DNA from: Deltaproteobacteria bacterium
GTDB taxonomy: Bacteria > SAR324 > JACQKK01
Direction: 5' to 3'
Assembly (NCBI GenBank): GCA_029858505.1
Contig: JAOUEW010000004.1
Coordinates: 2,520 to 66,519, forward strand
Length of the DNA stretch: 64,000 nucleotides
Within the stretch, counting starts at the first letter, position 1; each line of letters opens with the position of its first letter. Both the position numbers and the translations under genes were made by a program. This document shows, piece by piece, positions 27,931-38,235 of the stretch. A model generated the notes under the pieces. The model was not told the origin of the DNA, made no database searches, and saw only the letters and a list, made by a program, of their open reading frames with translations.

Positions 27931-28282
27931 GTGGTTCTGCCTTTCTTTGCAAGTCATGCATTCGCAAGAACGCAAGAAGCGAACGAAACCCGCGGGCTGT
28001 CCGGAAAACCAAGCGGACAAATTCTCGGTGACGAATCCCGCTGGAGAATTTGATAAACAATTGATACCATAACACAATAAAAAACAGATGTCAAATGAAC
28101 CCCCAGGAGCAGGGTTTTTTGGACTCCCCCAGGGATTTGCGGCCGGGTTGGGTCAAAACCCATGCCAAAAAATTCAGGCTCCGCATCTCCAAGCGGTTTC
28201 CGGAAGGTTGGGTATGGAAAATATTTTGGGGTGAGCAGGGCTTTTGTGAGACAATAAGCCAACTTAAACCTAGGAAACCGCT

Positions 28283-29149
28283 ATGTACGACAAACAAACC
28301 GCCGTTGCGGCCAAAGAATGGGTGGCCACCGGGGTGAACTGGATTGAAAACGGCTCTTATTCTCTGGGGGTGAAAAACCTAGAGCGGGCCATTCCGGTGT
28401 TTTTAGACCGGAAAGACACGGTGTGGTTAACCTATGCCCGCCACCACCTGATGGTGGGAACCATTGCCATGGGCAGCCACGAGCAGGTGCTGGAGTTGTT
28501 CGAGGAAGTGATGGCGGGCTACGTGGAGCTGGAGTTTTCCTACGGCAAGGCCTTGGCGCTGCTTCATGCCGCCCAGTCTCAGGATCGGCGGGGGCGCTGG
28601 CAGCAGGCCCTGTCGCTGTTGAACTTGGCCATTTCCATTGCTACCTGGGCCCGGCAGGGAACCCTGCAGGCCTATCTGTTGGGCGAAAAGGCCCGGCTGT
28701 ACCTGGAGCGGCAGAACATGGTCGACGCCATCCGCGCCCTGCGGGAAAGCGAACGGCTGTTCGAGGAAGCCAAAGAAGAAGACGAAGCCCTGCACCGCCG
28801 GGTGACCCTGGCTGAGGCTTTAGCCCGCCTGGGGGAGCGCTCGGAAGCCCAGGCCCTGCTGGAAGACGCCCAAGGGCGGGAATTCCGGGCCAAAAAATAC
28901 CGCCAGGCTTTGCTGCCCCTGCGGCTGTTGATGCGGTTGTATGAGGAGGGGGGCATGTTGAACGAAAAAGAGCGGGTGGCCGAGCTGATCCATTTTGCCG
29001 GGCAGTATATTTTGCAGCACCAAGACGCCGGGTCCCCCCGGCCCGACAAACGCTATCCGGTGATGTTGGCCAGGGAAGACACCGAGGAACCAGCCCTTCT
29101 TCAAATTGCAGCGCCGGGGCCCATGGGGCAGGCCAGGGGAAAGGCCTAA
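28283..29149 (+). CDS. Hypothetical helical (TPR-like) protein
   Basis: 288 aa, all-helical, Leu/Ala/Glu/Arg-rich with TPR-like periodicity; no catalytic motifs. Confidence 0.55.
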   Translation: MYDKQTAVAAKEWVATGVNWIENGSYSLGVKNLERAIPVFLDRKDTVWLTYARHHLMVGTIAMGSHEQVLELFEEVMAGYVELEFSYGKALALLHAAQSQDRRGRWQQALSLLNLAISIATWARQGTLQAYLLGEKARLYLERQNMVDAIRALRESERLFEEAKEEDEALHRRVTLAEALARLGERSEAQALLEDAQGREFRAKKYRQALLPLRLLMRLYEEGGMLNEKERVAELIHFAGQYILQHQDAGSPRPDKRYPVMLAREDTEEPALLQIAAPGPMGQARGKA

Positions 29150-29197
29150 ACCCAGTGGGCAAACAGCCCCGGGCTTAAGTTTTTCTGGGATATACCG

Positions 29198-30145
29198 ATG
29201 AAGGATGCAGAAACCCAGGCATCACCCTTCAACCCCATGGCCGATATGCGAACCAGTCAATTCTATGTGATTTTATTTGGCGTATTTTTTGCCGCTTTGC
29301 TGGGGGGCTTGGCCGTGTTTTTCAACGGGATGCAAAGTTCCATCTATTTGATCCATACCGGGGTGGATCTGATGGAAAAATATCTGGACAAGCCCCGCTA
29401 TGACATGAACCTTACTGGTATGGTGTTTACCCTGGCGTTTCTCACGGCCGCGTTTCTGTTTATTTTGTTCATGCTGTTGGTGAGCGAAGAAGCGGTGCGC
29501 AAAGCCCCTGGGCCGCCCCAACCCATGGGCGCCCCCCAGCCTGCCACGGCCTTTCGGCGGCGGGGGCCGGAACCGGCACCTCAGCCAGCCTTTCAGCCAT
29601 CGCCCCAACCGGCCTTTCAATCCTCGCCCCAGGCGGTGTTTCAGACCCCCCAGGCTCAGCCTGCCGTTCAGCCGCACCCGGTTTCTGCTCCGGCTGCCGT
29701 CCCGGCCGCTGGCCCGGCGCCCACGCCCCAGGCTGTTGCCCATCCGGCCCCCGCGCAACCCGCTCCCACGGTGGATCAGATTACCGATGAGGTCATCGAA
29801 GACATTCCGGTGTTCAATGAGGAGGGAACGGATGCCTCGGAGGGCAACGTGATTTACGGCCATGGGCGGATAGACGAAGAAGACATGCTGGAGTTTATTC
29901 AGGAAAACCCCGACAGCGCCGTGAAGTTTTTGTACCGGAAAAGCCTGGACAACAAGCCGCTGTCGCCCATTGACGAAGACATTTACCGTGCCTGGGAGCG
30001 CCGGGGGATGACCCGGGGCCGGGTGCGGCAGATGGTGCTGACCATCATGGGGTGGCCAGGCCTGCCCGATGAGTTCCCCCACGATGTGTGGCGCAAGCTG
30101 CGGGATCAGGTGTTCGACATGCGCGGCGCCATCAAAATCACCTGA
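29198..30145 (+). CDS. Hypothetical membrane protein with Pro/Gln/Ala-rich linker and conserved-looking C-terminal domain
   Basis: 315 aa; two N-terminal TM helices; ~100-aa linker with PQPAFQ-type repeats; acidic C-terminal domain. Confidence 0.55.
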   Translation: MKDAETQASPFNPMADMRTSQFYVILFGVFFAALLGGLAVFFNGMQSSIYLIHTGVDLMEKYLDKPRYDMNLTGMVFTLAFLTAAFLFILFMLLVSEEAVRKAPGPPQPMGAPQPATAFRRRGPEPAPQPAFQPSPQPAFQSSPQAVFQTPQAQPAVQPHPVSAPAAVPAAGPAPTPQAVAHPAPAQPAPTVDQITDEVIEDIPVFNEEGTDASEGNVIYGHGRIDEEDMLEFIQENPDSAVKFLYRKSLDNKPLSPIDEDIYRAWERRGMTRGRVRQMVLTIMGWPGLPDEFPHDVWRKLRDQVFDMRGAIKIT

Positions 30146-30154
30146 CAGGCCCCC

Positions 30155-30952
30155 ATGAGCCGGTTACACCATGTGGCCATTGTGCTGCGCCGGGAAGGGG
30201 AAAACCTGCCCACGGCCGTGCTGGAAAACGCCTTCCGCCAGGCGGGGGCCCGGGTGACCGTGGCCGAAGAAGAAAAAGAACAGAACCTGGAAGACGTGGA
30301 CCTGGTGGTGGCCCTGGGGGGAGACGGCACCGTGCTGCGGGCCCTGGATACCTTTCCCGGGCGGCCGGTGCTGGCGGTGAATTTTGGCACGGTGGGGTTT
30401 TTAACCGCCGGGGGCCGGGGCGAATTGGACCACATGCTAAGCCGCCTGCTCACCGGAGACTACCTTACCAGCGAACGGCTGGTGCTGCGCTGCCGGTTAG
30501 ACGGCCAAGAACACCACGCCGTCAACGAAGCGGCGATCAAAACCTCCAGCCGCATGATTCAGGTAGACGTGGCGGTGGACGGCACGCCCATCCGCACCAT
30601 CCGGGGAGACGGGGTGATTGTGGGAACCCCCACCGGCTCCACCGGGTATCTGTTGTCTTCCGGCTCTCCGGTGGTGATGCCCGATGTGCACTGCTTCATT
30701 TTGGATGGGCTGAACGAATACAACTTTTCCAGCCGCCCGCTGATTCTTTCTCCCGACTCGCAATTGTTGTTGAAACTGCACCCCCTGCACCCCGGCCAGC
30801 AGGCCGCCCTGCTGGTGGACGGCAAGGTGGTGAAGGAACTGGAGGAGGGGGACGAAATTGTGCTGGACCGCTCTCCCCGGGTGGCCCGGCTGATTTTCTT
30901 TGAACCCAATTATTTTTTTCACAATCTGTCCTCTCGATTGGCCTGGAAGTAA
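30155..30952 (+). CDS. nadK: NAD(+) kinase
   Basis: 265 aa; GGDGT motif (VVALGGDGTVLRAL); 'NEAAI...DGxxxxTPTGSTGY' NAD kinase signature. Confidence 0.9.
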   Translation: MSRLHHVAIVLRREGENLPTAVLENAFRQAGARVTVAEEEKEQNLEDVDLVVALGGDGTVLRALDTFPGRPVLAVNFGTVGFLTAGGRGELDHMLSRLLTGDYLTSERLVLRCRLDGQEHHAVNEAAIKTSSRMIQVDVAVDGTPIRTIRGDGVIVGTPTGSTGYLLSSGSPVVMPDVHCFILDGLNEYNFSSRPLILSPDSQLLLKLHPLHPGQQAALLVDGKVVKELEEGDEIVLDRSPRVARLIFFEPNYFFHNLSSRLAWK

Positions 30953-30991
30953 GAAAGCCCCCGATTGACACACCCCCGGCAGGATGAAAGC

Positions 30992-32254
30992 ATGGAACCG
31001 GGGCCTCGGGCCCGGTTGTTCGCCGTTCTTCCCCGTTCTTTCTTCCAATGGCAAACCATGGACACCACCACCCGCCGTTACCTGCCCCGCCTTCCCCTGA
31101 AATATGGATGCAACCCCCAGCAGGCCCCGGCGGCGGTGTGCGGGGTGGACGGCGAGGCCCTGCCCTTTCGGGTGATCAGCGGTCAGCCGGGGTACATCAA
31201 CCTGTTAGACGCCCTGAACGCTTGGCAACTAGTGGAGGAACTGGACCGCTCGTTGGGCAAGCCAGCGGCGGCATCGTTCAAGCATGTCAGCCCGGCGGGG
31301 GCGGCGGTGGCGGCACGGCTGACACCAGAATTGGTGAACACCTATGAGGCCGAGGGCTTGGAACTGACCGGCCCGGCCCTGGCCTGGCTGCGGGCCCGCC
31401 AAGCCGATCCCTTGTCGTCCTTTGGAGATTTCGCCGCCCTCAGCCGGCCGGTGGACATGGCCACCGCTCGGTTGATGAAAACCGAGGTGAGCGATGGTTT
31501 GATTGCGCCGGGATTTGAGGAAGGGGTGGTGGAGGTGCTGAAAAGCAAAAAGGGGGGCAAGTTTATTGTGTTGGAGGCCGACCCGGCTTGGCGCCCCCCG
31601 GAGATGGAATATCGGGAAGTGTTTGGGGTGGGGCTGGCCCAGCGGCGCAACGATGTGCTGATCACCCGCGAACACCTGGCCCAGCGGGTCACCCGGCGCA
31701 AGGAACTTCCCCCCCAGGCCGAGGAAGACCTGATTCTGGCGGCCATCACCCTGAAATATACCCAGTCCAATTCGGTGGGCTACGCCCTGGGGGGCCAAAT
31801 GATCGGGGTGGGGGCCGGGCAGCAAAACCGGGTTGACTGCGTGAAACTGGCGGGCATGAAGGCGGAAACTTGGTTTTTGCGCCAGCACCCCAAGGTGTTG
31901 GGGCTGCCCTTCAAACCCGAGGCCAAAAAAGTAGACCGCACCAACGCCCGGGTTCGTTATATTGAGGGAGATTTTTTGCCCAGCGAACGGGCCGCTTGGG
32001 AAGCCCAGATGACCCGCCCCCCCGCGGAGCTTACGGCGGAAGACCGCAAAGGCTGGCTGGCGGGGCTCACCGGGGTGTCGTTGGCTTCCGACGCGTTCTT
32101 TCCCTTTCGGGATAGTGTTGACCAGGCCGCGAGGCGGGGGGTAACCTATATTGTCCAACCTGGGGGAAGCCTGTCGGATGATGGCGTGATTCAAGTGTGC
32201 GATGAGTACGGCATGGTCATGGCGTTCAGCGGCGTGCGGCTGTTTCACCACTAG
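30992..32254 (+). CDS. AICAR transformylase domain protein (PurH C-terminal domain only, no IMP cyclohydrolase domain)
   Basis: 'LKYGCNPQQ' aligns with the start of the PurH AICARFT domain (E. coli 'LRYGENPHQ'); C-terminus 'YIVQPGGSLSDDGVIQVCDEYGMVMAFSGVRLFHH' is PurH-like. Start ambiguous: TTG 30965, ATG 30992 or ATG 31058. Confidence 0.7.
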   Translation: MEPGPRARLFAVLPRSFFQWQTMDTTTRRYLPRLPLKYGCNPQQAPAAVCGVDGEALPFRVISGQPGYINLLDALNAWQLVEELDRSLGKPAAASFKHVSPAGAAVAARLTPELVNTYEAEGLELTGPALAWLRARQADPLSSFGDFAALSRPVDMATARLMKTEVSDGLIAPGFEEGVVEVLKSKKGGKFIVLEADPAWRPPEMEYREVFGVGLAQRRNDVLITREHLAQRVTRRKELPPQAEEDLILAAITLKYTQSNSVGYALGGQMIGVGAGQQNRVDCVKLAGMKAETWFLRQHPKVLGLPFKPEAKKVDRTNARVRYIEGDFLPSERAAWEAQMTRPPAELTAEDRKGWLAGLTGVSLASDAFFPFRDSVDQAARRGVTYIVQPGGSLSDDGVIQVCDEYGMVMAFSGVRLFHH

Positions 32255-32265
32255 TTTCTTCCCCA

Positions 32266-32814
32266 ATGTTCCTTCGTTCAAAATTCAATTCTGGGGGCAG
32301 AGTCATGGCCAGTCGCAAGCCGGAACCAACATCACCGCGCGCGGTGAAGAAAACCAAGAAATCACCCAAAAAATCTTCCCCCCCAATCCAGTCCAAGGAA
32401 GGACGGAAGGATTTGAACCAGGATGGAGAAAAATCCATGGAAGAAATACACCGTTGGGAATATTTGTACCAGCATGACCCGCTGCCCACACAGCGTCGGC
32501 GGTTGAACCTGCCGCCCGGAGAAATCCGCCACGGGAACGTGGAGGCCTGGATGAATATTTTGCGGTCTTATCACCACGCTCATCCCGCCCACGGGATTGT
32601 GTTTTATTTTCGCGACGAACCGGTGAACAGCCCCGCCCAGTTGTTCCGCCAAACGCCCATTTTGGCCACCCAAGAATTTCGGGTAGAGGTGGAAGCCGCC
32701 GATGAGGACTGGTCGGACCTGCCCAAGCTCACCCGGCTGCTGGCCGAAGGGGCCGGAGAAAATTTTGAAATGTATTTGTCGAGGGAACTCTACCAAATCA
32801 AGGACCTGTTTTGA
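32266..32814 (+). CDS. Hypothetical protein with basic Lys/Pro-rich N-terminus
   Basis: 182 aa (alternative ATG 32305 with GGGGG RBS); N-terminus KKTKKSPKKSSPP; stop TGA overlaps the TTG start of ubiE (TTGA). Confidence 0.5.
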   Translation: MFLRSKFNSGGRVMASRKPEPTSPRAVKKTKKSPKKSSPPIQSKEGRKDLNQDGEKSMEEIHRWEYLYQHDPLPTQRRRLNLPPGEIRHGNVEAWMNILRSYHHAHPAHGIVFYFRDEPVNSPAQLFRQTPILATQEFRVEVEAADEDWSDLPKLTRLLAEGAGENFEMYLSRELYQIKDLF

Positions 32815-33590
32815 GCTACCGCCTGCCCGACGCGGCCGACAAACCAGCCTATGTGCAAGCGCGGTTCGACGCCATCGCCCGCCGATATGATCTGTTCAAC
32901 GACCTGATTACCCAAGGCCAACACCGCTGGTGGAAGCGCACGCTGGTGAACCGCGTGGCGGGGGCGGTGGAGATCAAGGCCCCGGGGGTGCGGGGGCTGG
33001 ACCTGTGCTGCGGCACGGGAGACATTGCCCAGCGGGCCCTGGCGGGCATGGGCATGGGTGCGGGGGAGGCTGGAGGGACTGGGGGGGCAAACGGAGGTAT
33101 GGTGATGCTCGACTTTTCCGCCAACATGCTGTCCATTGCCCAAAACCGGCTGCGCCGCGCTGGCACCCAACCCGCCCGAAGGCTGTTGACCCGGGGAGAC
33201 GCCATGGCGCTGCCCTTTGAGGACGGCGCCTTTCAGTTTGTCACGGTGGGGTTTGGTCTTCGCAATGTTTCAGACCTGGGGGGCTGCTTGCAGGAAATTC
33301 ACCGGGTGCTGGCGCCGGGGGGGGTGTTGGCCTCGCTGGATGTGGGCAAGGTCCGCCCCCGTTGGATCAAAGCCCTGGCCGATCTGTATTTCTTCCGGGT
33401 GGTTCCCCTCATCGGGCGGATGATTCAGCCGGGGGAAGAAATGTTCACCTACCTGCCCGAATCCTCCCGGTCTTATCCTTCTCAGGAAGCCCTGGCGGCC
33501 ATTTTGGCCGAGCACGGCTTTCAGCGGGTGGAGGTGCTGAATTACATGTTTGGCTCGGCGGCCATTCATCTGGCCCGCAAGCCGGGGTGA
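32811..33590 (+). CDS. ubiE: Demethylmenaquinone / ubiquinone biosynthesis C-methyltransferase
   Basis: 259 aa; TTG start; 'ARFDAIARRYDLFNDL' UbiE/MenG N-terminal signature; SAM motif 'LDLCCGTGD'; contains a Gly-rich insertion. Confidence 0.8.
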   Translation: MSYRLPDAADKPAYVQARFDAIARRYDLFNDLITQGQHRWWKRTLVNRVAGAVEIKAPGVRGLDLCCGTGDIAQRALAGMGMGAGEAGGTGGANGGMVMLDFSANMLSIAQNRLRRAGTQPARRLLTRGDAMALPFEDGAFQFVTVGFGLRNVSDLGGCLQEIHRVLAPGGVLASLDVGKVRPRWIKALADLYFFRVVPLIGRMIQPGEEMFTYLPESSRSYPSQEALAAILAEHGFQRVEVLNYMFGSAAIHLARKPG

Positions 33591-33597
33591 TGGCTCT

Positions 33598-33870
33598 CTA
33601 TACACCCCGTCCCATCCTTTCCCCTCGCTGTTTCTCCCTGTACTCGAATCCATCGGCTATTCTGTTCAGCCGTTCGGTTGGTGAAAACTACACGGAAGCA
33701 ACACCCAAACGCAATCGAACGCCCCCTCTCTTCGGGAGAGGGGGGTGAGGTCTAATCAAGCCGATAACTTTTCGGATTCATGCTGTATTTCCCTCCACGA
33801 AGGGGAGGGGATGCCCCCACAGGGGGCAGGGGAGGGGTGCTTCTGGAGAGGGGCCAAACGTGTGAGCGGC
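33598..33870. repeat. Long composite copy of intergenic repeat family
   Basis: 'ctcgaatccatcggctattctgttcagccgttcgg...acggaagcaacacccaaacgcaatcgaacg ccccctctcttcgggagagggggg tgaggtctaatcaagcc...tttccctccacgaaggggaggggatgcccccacagggggcaggggagggg' matches 55455-55800 nearly base-for-base. Confidence 0.75.
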
Positions 33871-33981
33871 ACCTTCACAATCCAAACCAAAAAATCAAAA
33901 TAAACCCCCCTCAAATAAAAACCCCCTTCCGCAAAGGAAGGGGGGTTAAGAAAAAGCAAAGAATATTCAGGAATGGAGAAC

Positions 33982-35751
33982 TTACAATTTCAGCCAGCCG
34001 GATTGAATGCGCTTGTAGGCGGCGGCGTCCAGCGGAGAGTAGGTTTTGTTGTCCCGGTCCAAATAAAACATGGGGTCCTTAACCTTGGCCGGATCAAAGC
34101 CGGAGGCTTTCAGCTCTTTTTTGTCTTTTTTGAAGGTGCCCGTCATGGCGGCGGCGGTTTGAACCCGCACAAAGGCTGGCCGTGAAAAATGGGGCAGGTG
34201 GTCTTCCACGAACCGGAAGAAGATTTCTGGGTTGAATTGTTTGGAATGGCTGATGGTGAGGGCGGCCATTCCGGCTTTGCCGTCCATCTTGGCGATTTCC
34301 ACCCCATACACCGTGGCGAAATCCACCCACGATACGCCCGAAGTGATGATCTCTTCCACTTCGTGGGTAGACACGTTTTCCCCTTTCCAGCGGAAGGTGT
34401 CTCCAATGCGGTCGATGAAATAATAGTGCCCCGTATCGTCTTTCCGCAACAGGTCGCCGGTGCTAAAGAAGGCGTCACCGGTTTTCAACACGTTTCGCAG
34501 AATTTTCTTTTCGGTGTCTTTGGGGTTGGCGTAGCCGTGGAAAGGGGTCAGGGCTTTGATCTGGGCCAGCAGTTCGCCTGGCTCACCGGGGCGGCACAGT
34601 TCGGCAAACCCGTTGTGCCCGCGAATAATCTGCTCCGAGGCGATGTCGTAGCGCACCAGCCGCAGGTTGTCCGAGGTTTTCAGGGCGGCTTTGCCCACCG
34701 AGCCATCGGTGTCGTCCAGGTTCAGCAGATAGGCATTGCCCTCGGTAGAGGCGTAGAATTCGCGGATGTGGTCGATGCCGAAGCGGTATTTGAACTGCCC
34801 CCAAATGTCGGGGCGAAGACCGTTGCCCAGCACCCGGGTGACCTTGTGGTTGCGGTCGAAGGCACCGCTGGGGGTGTTCACCAAATACCGCAGCAACTCG
34901 CCAATGTAGATGGCGCAGGTGGCGCCGTGGCGGCTGGCTTCTTCCCAAAAGCCCGAAGCGGAAAACCGGCGGGTGAGCGCAAACTTGCCGCCGTTCACCA
35001 GGGCCGAGGCGAAGGCGATGAGAATGCCGTTGGAGTGGTACAAAGGCAGGGGGCAGTACACGGTATCGCTGGGTTTCACCCCCAGGGCGTAATGGCCCAT
35101 CAGCAGGCCAGCCCCATACCAGCGGTAATGGGTAATCATGGCGGGCTTGGGCAAGCCCGTGGTGCCAGAGGTGTAAATGTGCATCATCAGGTCATCGCTG
35201 CCAATGCCCGCAGAGGAGGGGTTGTCGTCTTGGGTTCGCAGCAACGCCTGGGTCAGGTCGTTGGACCCGGCGGGGGACTTGTCTTTGGTGGGGTAGCGGG
35301 TGTCCATGTAAATATTGGGCCCCCGAATTTTTTCCAGGCTGCCCGCCACGTCCATGAATTGGGGCAGGCATTCGGCCCCCACAATGATGTGGTTGGCGGT
35401 GGAGGCGTTCAGAATATTGGCCAGGGCCACCCCCCGCAGGTTGTAGTTCACCGCCGCGGTAATGGCCCCCAGTTTGCCCAGGCCCGCCACCGTGGCCATG
35501 AATTCCGGTCGGTTTTCCATCAGCAGCAGCACCACGGTGCCCTTCCGCACCCCTTGAGACGAAAAATAATGGGCCCGACGGTTGGCCATGCGGTTGTATT
35601 GGTCAAAGGTGTAACGGTCGTTTTCAAACAGCAAAAAGTCATCATCAGGGCGTTTGGCCGCCATTTTTTCCAGGGTGTTGCCCAGGGTTTTGTTTTTAAA
35701 GGCCAGCAAGCGGACATATTTGAACAAAAACGAGTAATATCGGGCGGCCAT
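33982..35751 (-). CDS. Very-long-chain acyl-CoA synthetase / fatty acid transport protein (FATP) family
   Basis: 589 aa; AMP-binding motif 'YTSGTTGLPKPA'; FATP-like 'GDTFRWKGENVST'; ATG 35749-35751. Confidence 0.85.
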   Translation of the reverse strand: MAARYYSFLFKYVRLLAFKNKTLGNTLEKMAAKRPDDDFLLFENDRYTFDQYNRMANRRAHYFSSQGVRKGTVVLLLMENRPEFMATVAGLGKLGAITAAVNYNLRGVALANILNASTANHIIVGAECLPQFMDVAGSLEKIRGPNIYMDTRYPTKDKSPAGSNDLTQALLRTQDDNPSSAGIGSDDLMMHIYTSGTTGLPKPAMITHYRWYGAGLLMGHYALGVKPSDTVYCPLPLYHSNGILIAFASALVNGGKFALTRRFSASGFWEEASRHGATCAIYIGELLRYLVNTPSGAFDRNHKVTRVLGNGLRPDIWGQFKYRFGIDHIREFYASTEGNAYLLNLDDTDGSVGKAALKTSDNLRLVRYDIASEQIIRGHNGFAELCRPGEPGELLAQIKALTPFHGYANPKDTEKKILRNVLKTGDAFFSTGDLLRKDDTGHYYFIDRIGDTFRWKGENVSTHEVEEIITSGVSWVDFATVYGVEIAKMDGKAGMAALTISHSKQFNPEIFFRFVEDHLPHFSRPAFVRVQTAAAMTGTFKKDKKELKASGFDPAKVKDPMFYLDRDNKTYSPLDAAAYKRIQSGWLKL

Positions 35752-35924
35752 GGGGTCTCCTGGGAAGGGGGTGGTCGGTGAAGTTCTTTTAATGATTTAC
35801 GTCATTCCCATGGAAGTGGCAATCAAGACCTCCTTGAATGGGGGGGGTTTTTCAGAAATACCGGATACTTGAGATATAACGACCAATAAACCAGCAACTT
35901 GTATGATTGAACGATAGGGGCGGT

Positions 35925-36170
35925 TCACCCATCGGGACCTCAACCCCCGCCCCCCTCTCCCGAGGAGAGGGGGAGTTCAATGGCGTTTGGGCGTTGCTTA
36001 CTTCCGCCCAGTCTTTGTTTCCGAACGGATGATTCGAATACCCGATGGCTTCGCGAATTTCCCCTCCCTGATTGGGGAGGGGATGCCCGCAGGGCAGGGG
36101 AGAGGTGTGATTGGAGGGGGCAGGGGGGAGAGGTGCTGGGGGAGAGGCCCTGGGCGCCCCATGGGCGGGG
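35925..36170. repeat. Copy of intergenic repeat family (inverted orientation relative to 55500 copy)
   Basis: 'cccccctctcccgaggagaggggg', 'gttcaatggcgtttgggcgttgcttacttccg' (reverse complement of 55520 'acggaagcag..cccaaacgccattgaac'), 'ccgaacggatgattcgaatacccgatggcttcgcgaa', 'cccctccctgattggggaggggatgcccgcagggcagggga'. Confidence 0.7.
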
Positions 36171-36171
36171 A

Positions 36172-37194
36172 TTAAATTTCGTGGCAGGCGGCCCAGTGGG
36201 CCGGTTGAATTTCTCGCCAGGGGGGGGGCGTGCCGCGGCAATGCTCCCGGGCCAGGGGGCAGCGGGGGTGAAAGGCGCACCCAGGGGGAGCATTGGCCGG
36301 GTCGGGGACTTCTCCCCCCAGCAGTGTGCGGGGAAGGCCAGTGCGCCGGGGGGCCACCGCAGGGTCGGCGGAGGGCACCGCCGCCAGCAGGGCCTGGGTG
36401 TAAGGGTGGCGGGGCCGGGAGAACAGTTCTTCACGGGGGGCCAGTTCCGCCAGCCGCCCCAGGTACATCACCGCCACCCGGTGGGCCAGGTGCCGCACCA
36501 CCGCCAAGTCGTGGGAGATAAACAAGTAGGCCATCCCCCGTTCGGCCTGAAGCCCCGCCAGCAGGTTCACCACCTGGGCCTGGATCGACACATCCAGGGC
36601 AGACACGGGCTCATCGGCCACAATCAGCGCCGGGTCCAGGGCCAGGGCCCGGGCAATGCCCACCCGTTGGCGTTGGCCCCCAGAAAACTGGTGAGGGTAC
36701 ATGGTCCTTTGGTCTGGGCGCAGCCCCACCCGTTGGAACAGGGCCGCCACCCGGTCTTTCCGTTCCGCCGGGGTGCCGATGCGGTGAATCGCCAGGGGTT
36801 CTTCCACCATGGCTCCGGCGGTCATGCGGGGGTTCAGGCTGGCGTAGGGGTCTTGGAAAATCATCTGCATGCGGCGGCGGTGGGGGACCAGGTCTCGCGC
36901 TGACAGCCCCGACAGGTCGGTGCCCTCCAGCAGCACCCGGCCAGCGGTGGGGGGAATGAGCCTGAGCACCATGCGCCCGGTGGTGGTTTTGCCGCAGCCC
37001 GATTCCCCCACCAGGGCCAGGGTTTCTCCCCGGTTCAGGGCAAAGCTCACCCCGTCGACCGCTTTGACCCAGCGGTGGGGTTTGCCCCACAGGTTTCCCC
37101 CCAGGGGAAAGTGCCGGGAGAGCTGCTCCACCGTGAGCAACGGGGCGGCGTTGGGGGAAGAATTATTTTGTTCGAGGGGGTGGTTCATCGACAT
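36172..37194 (-). CDS. oppF: Oligopeptide/dipeptide ABC transporter ATP-binding protein
   Basis: 340 aa; Walker A GESGCGKTT, ABC signature LSGGQRQRV, C-terminal oligopeptide-ABC extension with Cys-rich motif (CAFHPRCP). Confidence 0.85.
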   Translation of the reverse strand: MSMNHPLEQNNSSPNAAPLLTVEQLSRHFPLGGNLWGKPHRWVKAVDGVSFALNRGETLALVGESGCGKTTTGRMVLRLIPPTAGRVLLEGTDLSGLSARDLVPHRRRMQMIFQDPYASLNPRMTAGAMVEEPLAIHRIGTPAERKDRVAALFQRVGLRPDQRTMYPHQFSGGQRQRVGIARALALDPALIVADEPVSALDVSIQAQVVNLLAGLQAERGMAYLFISHDLAVVRHLAHRVAVMYLGRLAELAPREELFSRPRHPYTQALLAAVPSADPAVAPRRTGLPRTLLGGEVPDPANAPPGCAFHPRCPLAREHCRGTPPPWREIQPAHWAACHEI

Positions 37195-38235
37195 TTACTC
37201 AGCCGGGTGGTGGCAGGCGGTGAAATGGGCGGGAGCTCGTTGCGCGGGCTCATGGGTGGGGCCTGGGTCCTGGCGGCAGGCGTGGTCGGCCTGGGGGCAG
37301 CGGGGGGCAAAGGCGCACCCAGGGGGCCGGGCCCCCGGCGGGGGTACCAAACCTGGAATCTCGGCCAGGGAAGTTTGGTTCCGGCCGGGCCGTGCCCCCA
37401 GCAACCCACGGGTGTAGGGGTGCCGGGGGCGGGCGAACAACTCATCCACCGGAGCTTCCTCCACCACCCGCCCGGCGTACATCACCGCCACCCGTTGGGC
37501 CTGCTGGGCCACCACCCCCAGGTCGTGGGTAATGAACAGCACCGCCGTGCCGTTCTCTCGTTGCAGGGCTTCCATCAAGTCCAAAATCTGGGCCTGGATG
37601 GTCACATCCAAGGCGGTGGTGGGCTCGTCGGCCAGCAGCAGGGCCGGGCGGCAGGCCAGGGCCATGGCAATCATCACCCGCTGGCGCATGCCCCCCGACA
37701 ACTGATGGGGGTACTCGGCGGCCACCCGGGCCGGGTCGGGGATGCGCACATGGGCCAATTCGGCCTGGGCCCGCTCCCAGGCTTCTTTCCGGGAAAGCCC
37801 CTGGTGCAGCCGCAGCACTTCGGCCACCTGTTTGCCCACGGTGTGCACCGGGTTCAGGGCGGTCATGGGCTCTTGAAAAATCATGGACACCCGGTTGCCC
37901 CGCACCTGGCGCAGGGCGGCCCCGGAAAGGGCCAGCAGGTTTTGCCCTTCGAACATGGCCTTCCCCCTGGCGCGGGCGCCCTCGGGCAGCAGCCCCAGCA
38001 GGGCCAGGGCCGTCAGGCTCTTGCCGCAGCCCGACTCCCCCACCAGGGCCAGGGTCTCCCCCGGCACGATGGTCAGGTTGACGTCCTCCACGGCGGCCCG
38101 GGGGCCCGCCTGCCCCGGCAGAGGAGGAAAATCCACCCCCAGGTGTTCTACCCGCAGCAGGGGCGGCGCGGAACCCGGACCGGGTTCAGGGGCCGTGATG
38201 AACGGAGCAGCCGTTGGAGAGGAGAGGGTGGGCAT
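37195..38235 (-). CDS. oppD: Oligopeptide/dipeptide ABC transporter ATP-binding protein
   Basis: 346 aa; Walker [11 protein letters not shown], signature [10 protein letters not shown]-terminal CAFAPRCP motif; stop abuts oppF start. Confidence 0.85.
   Translation of the reverse strand: MPTLSSPTAAPFITAPEPGPGSAPPLLRVEHLGVDFPPLPGQAGPRAAVEDVNLTIVPGETLALVGESGCGKSLTALALLGLLPEGARARGKAMFEGQNLLALSGAALRQVRGNRVSMIFQEPMTALNPVHTVGKQVAEVLRLHQGLSRKEAWERAQAELAHVRIPDPARVAAEYPHQLSGGMRQRVMIAMALACRPALLLADEPTTALDVTIQAQILDLMEALQRENGTAVLFITHDLGVVAQQAQRVAVMYAGRVVEEAPVDELFARPRHPYTRGLLGARPGRNQTSLAEIPGLVPPPGARPPGCAFAPRCPQADHACRQDPGPTHEPAQRAPAHFTACHHPAE

Noticed and set aside
34189-35781. 530-aa + ORF opposite the FATP-like gene
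   Set aside because: Antisense; the minus-strand gene has AMP-binding motifs.
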